NCBI GenBank assembly: GCA_964639695.1
Contig: CAZXEY010000001.1
Location: forward strand, 3,448-67,447
Reading direction: 5' to 3'
DNA: 64,000 nucleotides
Origin: an uncultured Antarcticibacterium sp.
GTDB taxonomy: Bacteria; Bacteroidota; Bacteroidia; Flavobacteriales; Flavobacteriaceae
The number at the start of each line of letters is the position of its first letter. Position 1 is the first letter of the stretch. This document shows positions 20,108-27,976 of the stretch, in pieces. The translations under genes and the position numbers were made by a program. The notes below the pieces were generated by a model. It saw only the letters and a program-made list of their open reading frames with translations, was not told where the DNA came from and did not search any database.

Positions 20108-20467
20108 ATGAGAGATGATAAAGAAAATTTAATTGTAAAGAAGACATTTGACTTTGCACTTGAAATTATTGATTTTACTGAGAAACTTAGATCTCTCCAT
20201 AAATATGAAATGGCTTCTCAGCTTTTTAGAAGTGGAACTTCGGTGGGAGCTAATGTTTGGGAAGCACAAAATGCTGAAAGTCCTGCCGATTTTATTCACA
20301 AGTTTAAAATAGCCGCAAAGGAGGCTGAGGAAACCAACTACTGGTTTAAGCTCTGCAAAGCCTCTCCGCATTATCCTGATCCTCAAACACAAACTTTCTC
20401 CCTCCTAGAATCCATAATTAAAATAATTTCTAAAATCATTAGTTCCAGTAAAAAAATTAAAAAATAA
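20108..20467 (+). CDS. Four-helix-bundle protein (TIGR02436 / 23S rRNA intervening-sequence protein family)
   Basis: QLFRSGTSVGANVWEA...S.ADFIHKFKIAAKEAEETNYW signature. Confidence 0.92.
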   Translation: MRDDKENLIVKKTFDFALEIIDFTEKLRSLHKYEMASQLFRSGTSVGANVWEAQNAESPADFIHKFKIAAKEAEETNYWFKLCKASPHYPDPQTQTFSLLESIIKIISKIISSSKKIKK

Positions 20468-20480
20468 AAGGATTGGATAA

Positions 20481-20515
20481 TTCTCAAATTTTCTAATTCT
20501 CAAATCTTCAAATTA
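20481..20515. repeat. Right arm of the inverted repeat
   Basis: TTCTCAAATTTTCTAATTCTCAAATCTTCAAATTA; outer 13 bp perfectly complementary to the left arm. Confidence 0.8.
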
Positions 20516-20522
20516 TAAAAAT

Positions 20523-21176
20523 ATGTTAGATAAGAACGGTATAGCGCAACGTATAGCAAAAGAAGTAAAGGATGGTTATTACGTAAACCTGGGTATTGGA
20601 ATTCCTACGCTGGTTGCCAATTTTGTTCGGGACGATATTGAGGTGGAATTTCAAAGTGAAAACGGAATTTTAGGAATGGGCCCTTTTCCTTTTGAAGGGG
20701 AAGAGGATGCAGATCTTATTAATGCAGGTAAACAAACCATTACCGCTTTGCCTGGAGCAAGTTTTTTTGATTCAGCCATGAGCTTTGGGATGATTCGTGG
20801 GCAACACGTTGATCTAACTATACTAGGAGCTATGGAAGTAGCAGAAAACGGGGATATTGCCAACTGGAAGATTCCCGGTAAAATGGTGAAAGGAATGGGT
20901 GGTGCCATGGATCTTGTAGCTTCTGCGGAAAATATTATCGTTGCGATGATGCATACTAACAGGGAAGGAGAGTCTAAACTATTAAAGAGATGTACTCTTC
21001 CATTGACCGGAGTTGGCTGTGTGACAAAAGTAGTAACAAATCTGGCAGTTCTGGAGGTTACAGATCGAGGTTTTAAACTGCTGGAAAGAGCGCCGGGTGT
21101 AAGTGTAGAAGATATTAAGAAGGCGACTGAAGGAACGTTAATAGTTGAAGGGGAAATTCCCGAGATGAAGCTTTAA
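20523..21176 (+). CDS. scoB: 3-oxoacid CoA-transferase subunit B
   Basis: VNLGIGIPT, QSENG (catalytic Glu), GMGGAMDL. Confidence 0.94.
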   Translation: MLDKNGIAQRIAKEVKDGYYVNLGIGIPTLVANFVRDDIEVEFQSENGILGMGPFPFEGEEDADLINAGKQTITALPGASFFDSAMSFGMIRGQHVDLTILGAMEVAENGDIANWKIPGKMVKGMGGAMDLVASAENIIVAMMHTNREGESKLLKRCTLPLTGVGCVTKVVTNLAVLEVTDRGFKLLERAPGVSVEDIKKATEGTLIVEGEIPEMKL

Positions 21177-21194
21177 TTAATCAGTTTAAAATAT

Positions 21195-21217
21195 AAACCC
21201 CCAAAAGGCGGTTTTTT
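21195..21217. terminator. Terminator between convergent scoB and the DAP ammonia-lyase gene
   Basis: AAACCCCC-AAAA-GGCGGTTTTTT (one mismatch). Confidence 0.55.
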
Positions 21218-21236
21218 GTGTAGAAACCAACAAGGT

Positions 21237-22361
21237 TTATTTTGCCTTTTCAACAACTCTGCTGAAACCTTTAGGATCTGTATTACCTTCTGTATTATAA
21301 AATAGAATACGGGAATCAGAGGAAATATTCAGTGAATTTTTTAAATCAGCAAATCTAGGGTCAGTCATAAGTGCAATAAACCCTGCAAAACCTCCTGCAC
21401 CAGATTCTCCCGAAATAATTTTTTCTTCCGCTTTTTCAGCATAAAAAAGTTTTCTCATGGCCTCTTCCGTAAAAGTATCCTCGATTGCAATGGTCGCATC
21501 AATAGTAGAATTTAATATTTCCCAGGCAGTAGAGGAAGGGATTCCGCAGTTTAAACCAGCCATAATTGTAGTATAGTTTCCGGTGGGGCTTATTCTTTTT
21601 CCTGCCTTAAAAGAAGCTAATAATCCTGCGGCTTCCAAAGGTTCTACAACAATAAGTTTAGGCTTGTTTTGTTTGTACCTGTTTTCATAATACCAGGCAG
21701 CTGCAGCCGGCCAGCTTCCAACACCCGATTGTAAAAAAACAAAATCTACCTTAGAATCGTCCTCAACGTGAAGAGAATTTTCAAGTTCTTTAAAATGAGT
21801 GAGATAGCCTGCTTTTATATAAGCAGGAATTTCTTCATAACCTTCCCAGGCAGCATCCTGAACCAGTACCCAATTATTCTTTTCACTCATTTCCCTTGCA
21901 TAAGTACTGGCCTCTTCATAATTCCCGTCGATCTCCTCAACAACAGCTCCTTCATTTCTAATCGCTTCTATTCTTGAGACTGTAGTGCCTTTTGGAACAT
22001 ACACATAAGATTTTTTGCCGTGTAAAGCTGATGCCCAGGCCACAGCGCGACCATGATTTCCATCTGTGGCCGTACAAAAAACTTTTATTCCGGGATCTTC
22101 ATTTAGAAGCTGATAAATAGCAAAAGAGGCACCTAAACCTTTAAAAGCATTTAAGCCAAACCTGTGGGATTCATCTTTTATATAAATCTCTTTGACCCCA
22201 AATTCCTTAGCAAGATCTTTCCGGTCAACAAGCGGAGTTTCCTTATAAGCTTTTAGGGATTTGTGGAAATTCAGCGGATTGCTTTCTGCTAAAATTTTGG
22301 TCGTAAGGCTTTCAGTTAAACCTTCTTGGTTGTTATTTATGATATAAGGAGAGGAATTCAT
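21237..22361 (-). CDS. dpaL: Diaminopropionate ammonia-lyase (PLP fold type II)
   Basis: KDESHRFGLNAFKGLG, TDGNHGRAVA, TIMAGLNCG, SGESGA. Confidence 0.88.
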   Translation of the reverse strand: MNSSPYIINNNQEGLTESLTTKILAESNPLNFHKSLKAYKETPLVDRKDLAKEFGVKEIYIKDESHRFGLNAFKGLGASFAIYQLLNEDPGIKVFCTATDGNHGRAVAWASALHGKKSYVYVPKGTTVSRIEAIRNEGAVVEEIDGNYEEASTYAREMSEKNNWVLVQDAAWEGYEEIPAYIKAGYLTHFKELENSLHVEDDSKVDFVFLQSGVGSWPAAAAWYYENRYKQNKPKLIVVEPLEAAGLLASFKAGKRISPTGNYTTIMAGLNCGIPSSTAWEILNSTIDATIAIEDTFTEEAMRKLFYAEKAEEKIISGESGAGGFAGFIALMTDPRFADLKNSLNISSDSRILFYNTEGNTDPKGFSRVVEKAK

Positions 22362-22373
22362 TTTAGCGTATGT

Positions 22374-22859
22374 TTATAACCTCCATTTAAAGGATTTGTC
22401 ATCAATTGCACGCATGGTGCAAAGTATTCCTTCAAGATGGTCATACTCGTGCTGCAGGAGTTCAGACAGGTCATTGGTGAGTTTCATTTCGCAATATTGC
22501 CAGTTCTCATCAAGATATTCAATAACTGCTTCCTTATGTCTCTCAACTTTTACCAGTAGATTAGGAAAGCTCATACAATCGTCCCAAAGTTGAAATTTCT
22601 CCTCGCTTAAATACTTAAATGAGGGATTGATAAAAATTACAGGTTTATCAATGTTCATATATATCAGCCTTTTCATAATTCCCAGCTGGGGTGCTGCAAT
22701 TGCACGGCCAAAATTATATTTAGTCCTAATTTCCTGCATCACGTTATGAAGATCCTCAACCCACTCTTTAACCAATGGAAGTTCTTCTTTTGTAACGGGT
22801 TCACATACTTCATAAAGTCGTGGATCCCCTAACAGCACCATGTCGTTAAGATTTTTCAT
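22374..22859 (-). CDS. Peptide deformylase-family protein with atypical motifs
   Basis: GDPRL, GRAIAAPQLG, DDCMS, QHEYDHLEG. Confidence 0.85.
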   Translation of the reverse strand: MKNLNDMVLLGDPRLYEVCEPVTKEELPLVKEWVEDLHNVMQEIRTKYNFGRAIAAPQLGIMKRLIYMNIDKPVIFINPSFKYLSEEKFQLWDDCMSFPNLLVKVERHKEAVIEYLDENWQYCEMKLTNDLSELLQHEYDHLEGILCTMRAIDDKSFKWRL

Positions 22860-22862
22860 AAT

Positions 22863-23429
22863 TTATTCTCTGTTTTTCTTCATTCGCTTGGGTCCATACC
22901 AAAGCCAGAATCCGGTTACCGTAAATAAAAATAAGCCCGTTCCCATTATGGTGGTGTACGCTACTTTAATTACTCCATTGGTACCTGCAATTTCGTCTAA
23001 TATGGAAGCATCATGTACACGCTCAATAAAGTCCGATTTGCGCTCCCCGTAGGATAAAACTTTGCCGGAAACGCCATCCAACTGCACTTCATTAAAAGTG
23101 TTTTTGAAGGTAAATTTTAAAATGCCTTTTTCTTTGCGAATATCTATACGATCCAGTTCGGGATTAATTCCTTGTATGGAATCCCTAACAGCGTTTAGGG
23201 CAATATCGTGAAGTCGTTCTATAGGGAGCCACTCTTCAAAATTAGAAGAAGTTCCTTGTTGGGTTTCCGGAAGTAAATATCCGTTACTGTGCTTTTTCCA
23301 TCCCAATAATACTGCGGTTATAGCGACAATAAAGAAAAAGGAAAATAATAAAATACCTGTTACACGATGAATTTTTCTGAATATCCTAAGCCATTTAGCC
23401 TGTCTCTTCCTTCTTTCTTTTTCTGACAT
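22863..23429 (-). CDS. PepSY-associated TM-helix protein
   Basis: RKIHRVTG, PepSY-like core, ERVHDAS, TGFWLW. Confidence 0.8.
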   Translation of the reverse strand: MSEKERRKRQAKWLRIFRKIHRVTGILLFSFFFIVAITAVLLGWKKHSNGYLLPETQQGTSSNFEEWLPIERLHDIALNAVRDSIQGINPELDRIDIRKEKGILKFTFKNTFNEVQLDGVSGKVLSYGERKSDFIERVHDASILDEIAGTNGVIKVAYTTIMGTGLFLFTVTGFWLWYGPKRMKKNRE

Positions 23430-23480
23430 AATTTATTGTTCAACAAGGCTGAATATTAATTTCCTTCCCTAATGGAAGAT

Positions 23481-23513
23481 AAAACTGCCCGTCCTAAACC
23501 TCAGAACAGGCAG
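23481..23513 (-). terminator. Intrinsic terminator after the VPS10 gene
   Basis: Minus strand CTGCCTGTTCTGA...TTAGGACGGGCAG-TTTT. Confidence 0.6.
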
Positions 23514-23518
23514 AAATA

Positions 23519-26500
23519 TTATTTAAGGCTAAAAGTCTTTACTGGTTTAAAAGGAGAAATATTTACCTGTTCCATTTTAATCCTATAAGCAGGCCATTCC
23601 TTTTCGTAGAAGGTATTTACTTGTTTCAAAGCTTCGTTAAGAGCAGTTTCCGCTTGTTCAACTAAAGTGTTTTCTGTTTTTGTCACACCTTCAGGGCGGC
23701 TTTGAATATAGTTAGATGCAAGACCTAATCGGTTTGCAACATTCGCTTCCTGGCTTCTTACTATCCCCTGTCGCTCATCTACTTCACCTAAGAAAAGGGC
23801 AATATTTTTATCAATTTCTTTTACTATTGCTTCTGATGCTTTAATTTCCTCCTCGTATTTCTTTTTATCTTCTTCTTTTAATTTCTTCTGAAAATCTTCT
23901 GCTGTTCTCTTGCTTTCGGCTAATTGTTTAACAGCATTGGCAGCAACCTGGGTCATTTCCTCTACACCCTTTCCGGCTTCATAAATTTCTGAAATAGCTT
24001 TTTGAGAAACAGTCAATCTTGGATCACTCTCTACCGTTAAGTTGGTTGTGGTTTGCTGGTCTCCATAAGACATAACTACTTTATAAGTTCCCGGTTTTAC
24101 ATTTACTCCACCGGGCTCAGATCTTCTTTCACGTATGGTTCTGGAAGGCCTTTCGACTCCTGCTTCATCCATATACCATCTCATTTTGTAGAATCCTGAA
24201 GAATCTGGAGCTTTCGTTTTTAATGTGCGTACAAGCCTTTCTCCATCAAAAATCTTTAAGGTAACAGAATCACTTGTTTTTGTGATTTCCTTTTTCGCTT
24301 CATCCGAAAGGATTTTATCTACTTCTTTGGCAGAAGAAGCATCCGTTTTTATTGGATTGATGAAGTAGGTGATTTGAGCACCACCCGGGCGATTTTCTCC
24401 ATCGAATGTGGCATCTCCCCCAAATCTACTGCCAGTAGGTTGCTGGAATGCAGCCAGATAAGCTGTTGGAGGATCAAAAACTTTAATAGTTCCCGGAGCT
24501 CCTGTTTTAATAGTGTTTAATAAGGCTTTATCTTTAGCTATTGCTTTTAACGGCCTTAGATCATCAAGAACCCAGAAGGAGCGTCCAAATGTACCTATTA
24601 CCAGGTCATTCTCCCTTGGGTGTATTACCATATCTTTTACAGGAACGGTTGGGAATCCATTTGTCCATTTTTCCCAGTTGGCACCTGCATCTATAGAGGT
24701 ATACAAACCATCATCTGTTCCCAGGAACATTAAATTGGGCACTTCAGGATCTTCAATTATGGACAATGCATAACTAAGAACATCTTTTTCATCTACGATT
24801 CTATTCCAGGTTTTGCCATAGTTGGTTGTTTTGAAAACGTATGGCTTGTAATCGAATCTTCTGTAATTATTAGCAACCAGCAAAGCTTCGCCTTTGTTTC
24901 TTGGGGAAGCTTTTATTTGTGCGATCCAGCTACCTGCGGGTAGCCCTTTAAGATTTTGGGATACATCTGTCCAGCTGCCACCTCCATTTTGGGTGTAAAA
25001 AACTTTTCCGTCGTCAGAACCTGTCCAAAGCATTCCCTTTTCAACGGGAGATGGCTCAATAACTAAAATAGTAGTATGATTTTCTGCTCCTGTAGCATCC
25101 ATTGTAATACCGCCACTTTCAGATTGTTTCTGCTTTTCCGGATCATTAGTGGTAAGATCGGGAGAAATTACTTCCCAGGTTAACCCTTTATCTGTTGATT
25201 TGTGAACATACTGACTTCCAAAGTAAAGAGTGCTATTGTCAAAAGGGTCAATATTAATAGCAGAGTTCCAGTTAAAACGGAGTTCAACTTTTGGATCGGG
25301 ATGAGTTGGTCTAACGGTGTAATTGTTACCTGTAACCCAATCGTACCTGCTAACATATCCCTGCTGGCTCATAGACCAACCATACTGACTATTGTCCCTG
25401 TCGGGCACTACATCAAATCCATCCCCAAAGGAGATCTCCTGCCAATATGAATTTTTAATACCCTGGTCCTTCCAGACGTAAGCAGGTCCTCTCCAGCTGC
25501 CGTTGTCCTGCATCCCGCCATATACATTATAGGGATATTCATTATCTACTGCAACATGATAAAATTGGCCAACCGGAAGATTTTCCACAAATCTCCAGTT
25601 CTTCCCTCCATCGCGGGTAATATTTAAACCGCCGTCATTCCCGTCGATCATAAATTCCGGATTATCAGGATTTATATACCAGGCATGGTGATCAGGATGT
25701 ATTCCGTTTGCAACACCATAAGCAGGCATTAGCTCCTTAAAGCTCTTTCCTCCATCTTCAGATACATTTACGTAAGTAAATATGCTGTAGACCCGGTTTT
25801 CATTATTTGGAGCAACATAAATTTCTGCATAATAAAAGGGGCGGTTTCCAATTTCGTCCATATTATCATTGACCTTTACAAAGTTTTCACCACCGTCATC
25901 AGAACGATAAAGGGCATTCTTTTTTGCCTCTACATAAGCATAAACAACCTCTGGTTTTCCGGGAGCAATTGCTAAACCTACTCTTCCAAGATCACCTTCC
26001 GGAAGTCCGTTTTTCTCATCTAATTTCTTCCAGTTGTCACCACCATCATAGGTGATAAATATTCCAGATCCCGGGCCGCCTGAATTGAAGAACCATGGCT
26101 CACGCTTGTGTTCCCACATAGCGGCGATAATCTTATTAGGATTGGTTGGATCCATTACCATATCTGCAGCACCCGACTTGTTGTTGGTGAACAAAATCCT
26201 CTCCCAGCTCTTTCCGCCATCTTTAGTCCTGTAAACTCCGCGTTCAGGATGCTCCCCCCAGGGAGAACCAATAGCTGCAGCATACACTGTATTAGGATCC
26301 TGGGGATCTATAATTACCCGGTGAATATGACGGGTGTTCTCTAACCCCATTTTTTTCCAGGTTTTACCTGCATCAAGAGATTTGTAGATTCCGAAACCGC
26401 CATTTAAACTGTTTCGGGGATTTCCCTCTCCCGTGCCTACCCAAACTACTGAAGGGTTGGATTGCTGAACAGCAACAGCTCCAATCGATGCTGTTTCTTC

Positions 26501-26743
26501 ATTATCGAATATAGGTTTCCAGGATACACCTCCCGAAGTAGATTTCCATAATCCACCCGATGCTGAACCTGCATATATGATATCAGGATTACTTCTTACA
26601 ACATCTATAGTGGTAATTCTTCCACTCATCCCCGCAGGGCCTATGTTACGAGGTTCTATATTTTTAACCAGATCCATATCCAGTTTTTGGCCTGAGGATA
26701 TAAAGGGTAACATAAAAAGTAAAAGGATAGAGAATCGTTTCAT
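23519..26743 (-). CDS. Secreted VPS10/BNR-repeat (sortilin-like beta-propeller) protein
   Basis: Signal peptide; many S/T-x-D-G-G-x-x-W Asp-box repeats; RNIGPAGMSGR. Confidence 0.88.
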   Translation of the reverse strand: MKRFSILLLFMLPFISSGQKLDMDLVKNIEPRNIGPAGMSGRITTIDVVRSNPDIIYAGSASGGLWKSTSGGVSWKPIFDNEETASIGAVAVQQSNPSVVWVGTGEGNPRNSLNGGFGIYKSLDAGKTWKKMGLENTRHIHRVIIDPQDPNTVYAAAIGSPWGEHPERGVYRTKDGGKSWERILFTNNKSGAADMVMDPTNPNKIIAAMWEHKREPWFFNSGGPGSGIFITYDGGDNWKKLDEKNGLPEGDLGRVGLAIAPGKPEVVYAYVEAKKNALYRSDDGGENFVKVNDNMDEIGNRPFYYAEIYVAPNNENRVYSIFTYVNVSEDGGKSFKELMPAYGVANGIHPDHHAWYINPDNPEFMIDGNDGGLNITRDGGKNWRFVENLPVGQFYHVAVDNEYPYNVYGGMQDNGSWRGPAYVWKDQGIKNSYWQEISFGDGFDVVPDRDNSQYGWSMSQQGYVSRYDWVTGNNYTVRPTHPDPKVELRFNWNSAINIDPFDNSTLYFGSQYVHKSTDKGLTWEVISPDLTTNDPEKQKQSESGGITMDATGAENHTTILVIEPSPVEKGMLWTGSDDGKVFYTQNGGGSWTDVSQNLKGLPAGSWIAQIKASPRNKGEALLVANNYRRFDYKPYVFKTTNYGKTWNRIVDEKDVLSYALSIIEDPEVPNLMFLGTDDGLYTSIDAGANWEKWTNGFPTVPVKDMVIHPRENDLVIGTFGRSFWVLDDLRPLKAIAKDKALLNTIKTGAPGTIKVFDPPTAYLAAFQQPTGSRFGGDATFDGENRPGGAQITYFINPIKTDASSAKEVDKILSDEAKKEITKTSDSVTLKIFDGERLVRTLKTKAPDSSGFYKMRWYMDEAGVERPSRTIRERRSEPGGVNVKPGTYKVVMSYGDQQTTTNLTVESDPRLTVSQKAISEIYEAGKGVEEMTQVAANAVKQLAESKRTAEDFQKKLKEEDKKKYEEEIKASEAIVKEIDKNIALFLGEVDERQGIVRSQEANVANRLGLASNYIQSRPEGVTKTENTLVEQAETALNEALKQVNTFYEKEWPAYRIKMEQVNISPFKPVKTFSLK

Positions 26744-26933
26744 GATTTATAAAATGGGTTAAAGCGCTAAAGTTAAGGAAATCTTAAAAAGCTATTCTTA
26801 AAAAATTGTTAACCGAAAATTTTAATTTACTGCAAAAGATCAATGTTTATCAGCTCTAAATAGAATACATAGGTTTAGTTACAGAATGATGTGCCAGATT
26901 TTATTACTATTTGTAAAATATTTCAATCTTAAT

Positions 26934-26949
26934 GTAAAAAATACTTTAC
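26934..26949. promoter_or_regulatory. Putative operator GTAAA-N6-TTTAC upstream of the XRE operon
   Basis: Dyad upstream of a TACATTTG -7 box (26968-26975). Confidence 0.45.
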
Positions 26950-26996
26950 TAATTAAATACTTTGTTTTACATTTGTCAGATATTAATCCATTAAAT

Positions 26997-27258
26997 ATGA
27001 AAACAAACAATTTAATTTCGATGAGATAAAAAATAATAGAGAAGCTGGTACTTCCATTTCTTGTTATTATATTCTATTATTTTTTCTCACCTACCCTTTT
27101 ATTTTGATCCTAACGATTTTTTGGCAATAGCTGAAAATGTTTTTAAGCAAGGAGCTCCCGGCTTTACTATTAATGCTGTTTTTGAAAATATTCTCACTAT
27201 AATTTTACTTGAGCTTAAACATTCCTTCATCAGTTCTTATTCACTTAATTTTTTTTAA
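26997..27258 (+). pseudogene. Possible degraded small membrane-protein gene
   Basis: ATG 26997 with TAA at codon 11, then hydrophobic coding-like sequence; a second frame runs 27061-27258. Confidence 0.3.
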
Positions 27259-27260
27259 TC

Positions 27261-27737
27261 ATGAAAGTAAAATATCTTCTACCACACAGGTATAAAAAAT
27301 TTGGTTGGTTAATCTTATTGCCATCACTCCTAATCGGCCTATATGTCTTTACAACTCATCCCGAACCAGAGTTTCTTGACGCAAAGGTATTTGCCTTGGT
27401 AGACGAGGACATTTTTGAAGATCCGGAGTATTTTAAAGTCGTAAACAATAATATTTTAGATGAATTAATAGGAGTTTTAATCATCGTAGGAGCCATTCTT
27501 GTGGCTTTTTCCAGGGAAAAAGTTGAAGATGAATTTATTACGAAAATCAGGCTTGAATCCCTCGTTTGGGCTACTTATATTAACTATGCAATTTTGCTTG
27601 TTTCTCTTATTCTAATATATTATATAGCATTTTTGTCGGTAATGATCTTAAACATGTTTGCTCTTCTGTTGTTTTTCATCATCAAGTTCCACTGGGAAAT
27701 CTGGAAATTGAATAAATCTTTGAGTTATGCAGAATAG
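27261..27737 (+). CDS. Hypothetical membrane protein
   Basis: About four TM segments; FSREKVEDEFITKIRLESL. Confidence 0.8.
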   Translation: MKVKYLLPHRYKKFGWLILLPSLLIGLYVFTTHPEPEFLDAKVFALVDEDIFEDPEYFKVVNNNILDELIGVLIIVGAILVAFSREKVEDEFITKIRLESLVWATYINYAILLVSLILIYYIAFLSVMILNMFALLLFFIIKFHWEIWKLNKSLSYAE

Positions 27738-27933
27738 TATAAAAGTAGAGCGGGCGAAGAAGAACTTTACACAGGCCGATTTAGCGTCACTGGCTAAGGT
27801 TAGCCGCCAGACAATAAATGCTATGGAATTGGGTAAGTATGTACCCTCGACTGTTCTGGCATTAAAACTTGCCGACATATTTGAAGTTGAGGTAAGTGAG
27901 ATCTTTCAACTGGAAGAAGGAGATTGGGAATAA
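27727..27933 (+). CDS. XRE/Cro-family HTH transcriptional regulator
   Basis: TQADLA..VSRQTINAMELGKYVPS. Confidence 0.92.
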   Translation: MQNSIKVERAKKNFTQADLASLAKVSRQTINAMELGKYVPSTVLALKLADIFEVEVSEIFQLEEGDWE

Positions 27934-27936
27934 AAC

Positions 27937-27958
27937 AAAACCTGCTTTTGCAGGTTTT
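27937..27958. terminator. Bidirectional terminator
   Basis: AAAACCTGC-TTTT-GCAGGTTTT between convergent genes. Confidence 0.8.
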
Positions 27959-27976
27959 ATTTTTATCTAATTTAAT

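Noticed and set aside
20108-20467. Diversity-generating retroelement (Avd-like protein)
   Set aside because: No reverse transcriptase and no TR/VR pair seen in the window.
20061-20525. RNA splicing to create an in-frame ScoA-ScoB fusion
   Set aside because: The genes share a frame, and removing 20063-20515 would fuse them. However, a shared frame has a 1-in-3 chance, scoB has its own start, and no splicing signature is visible.
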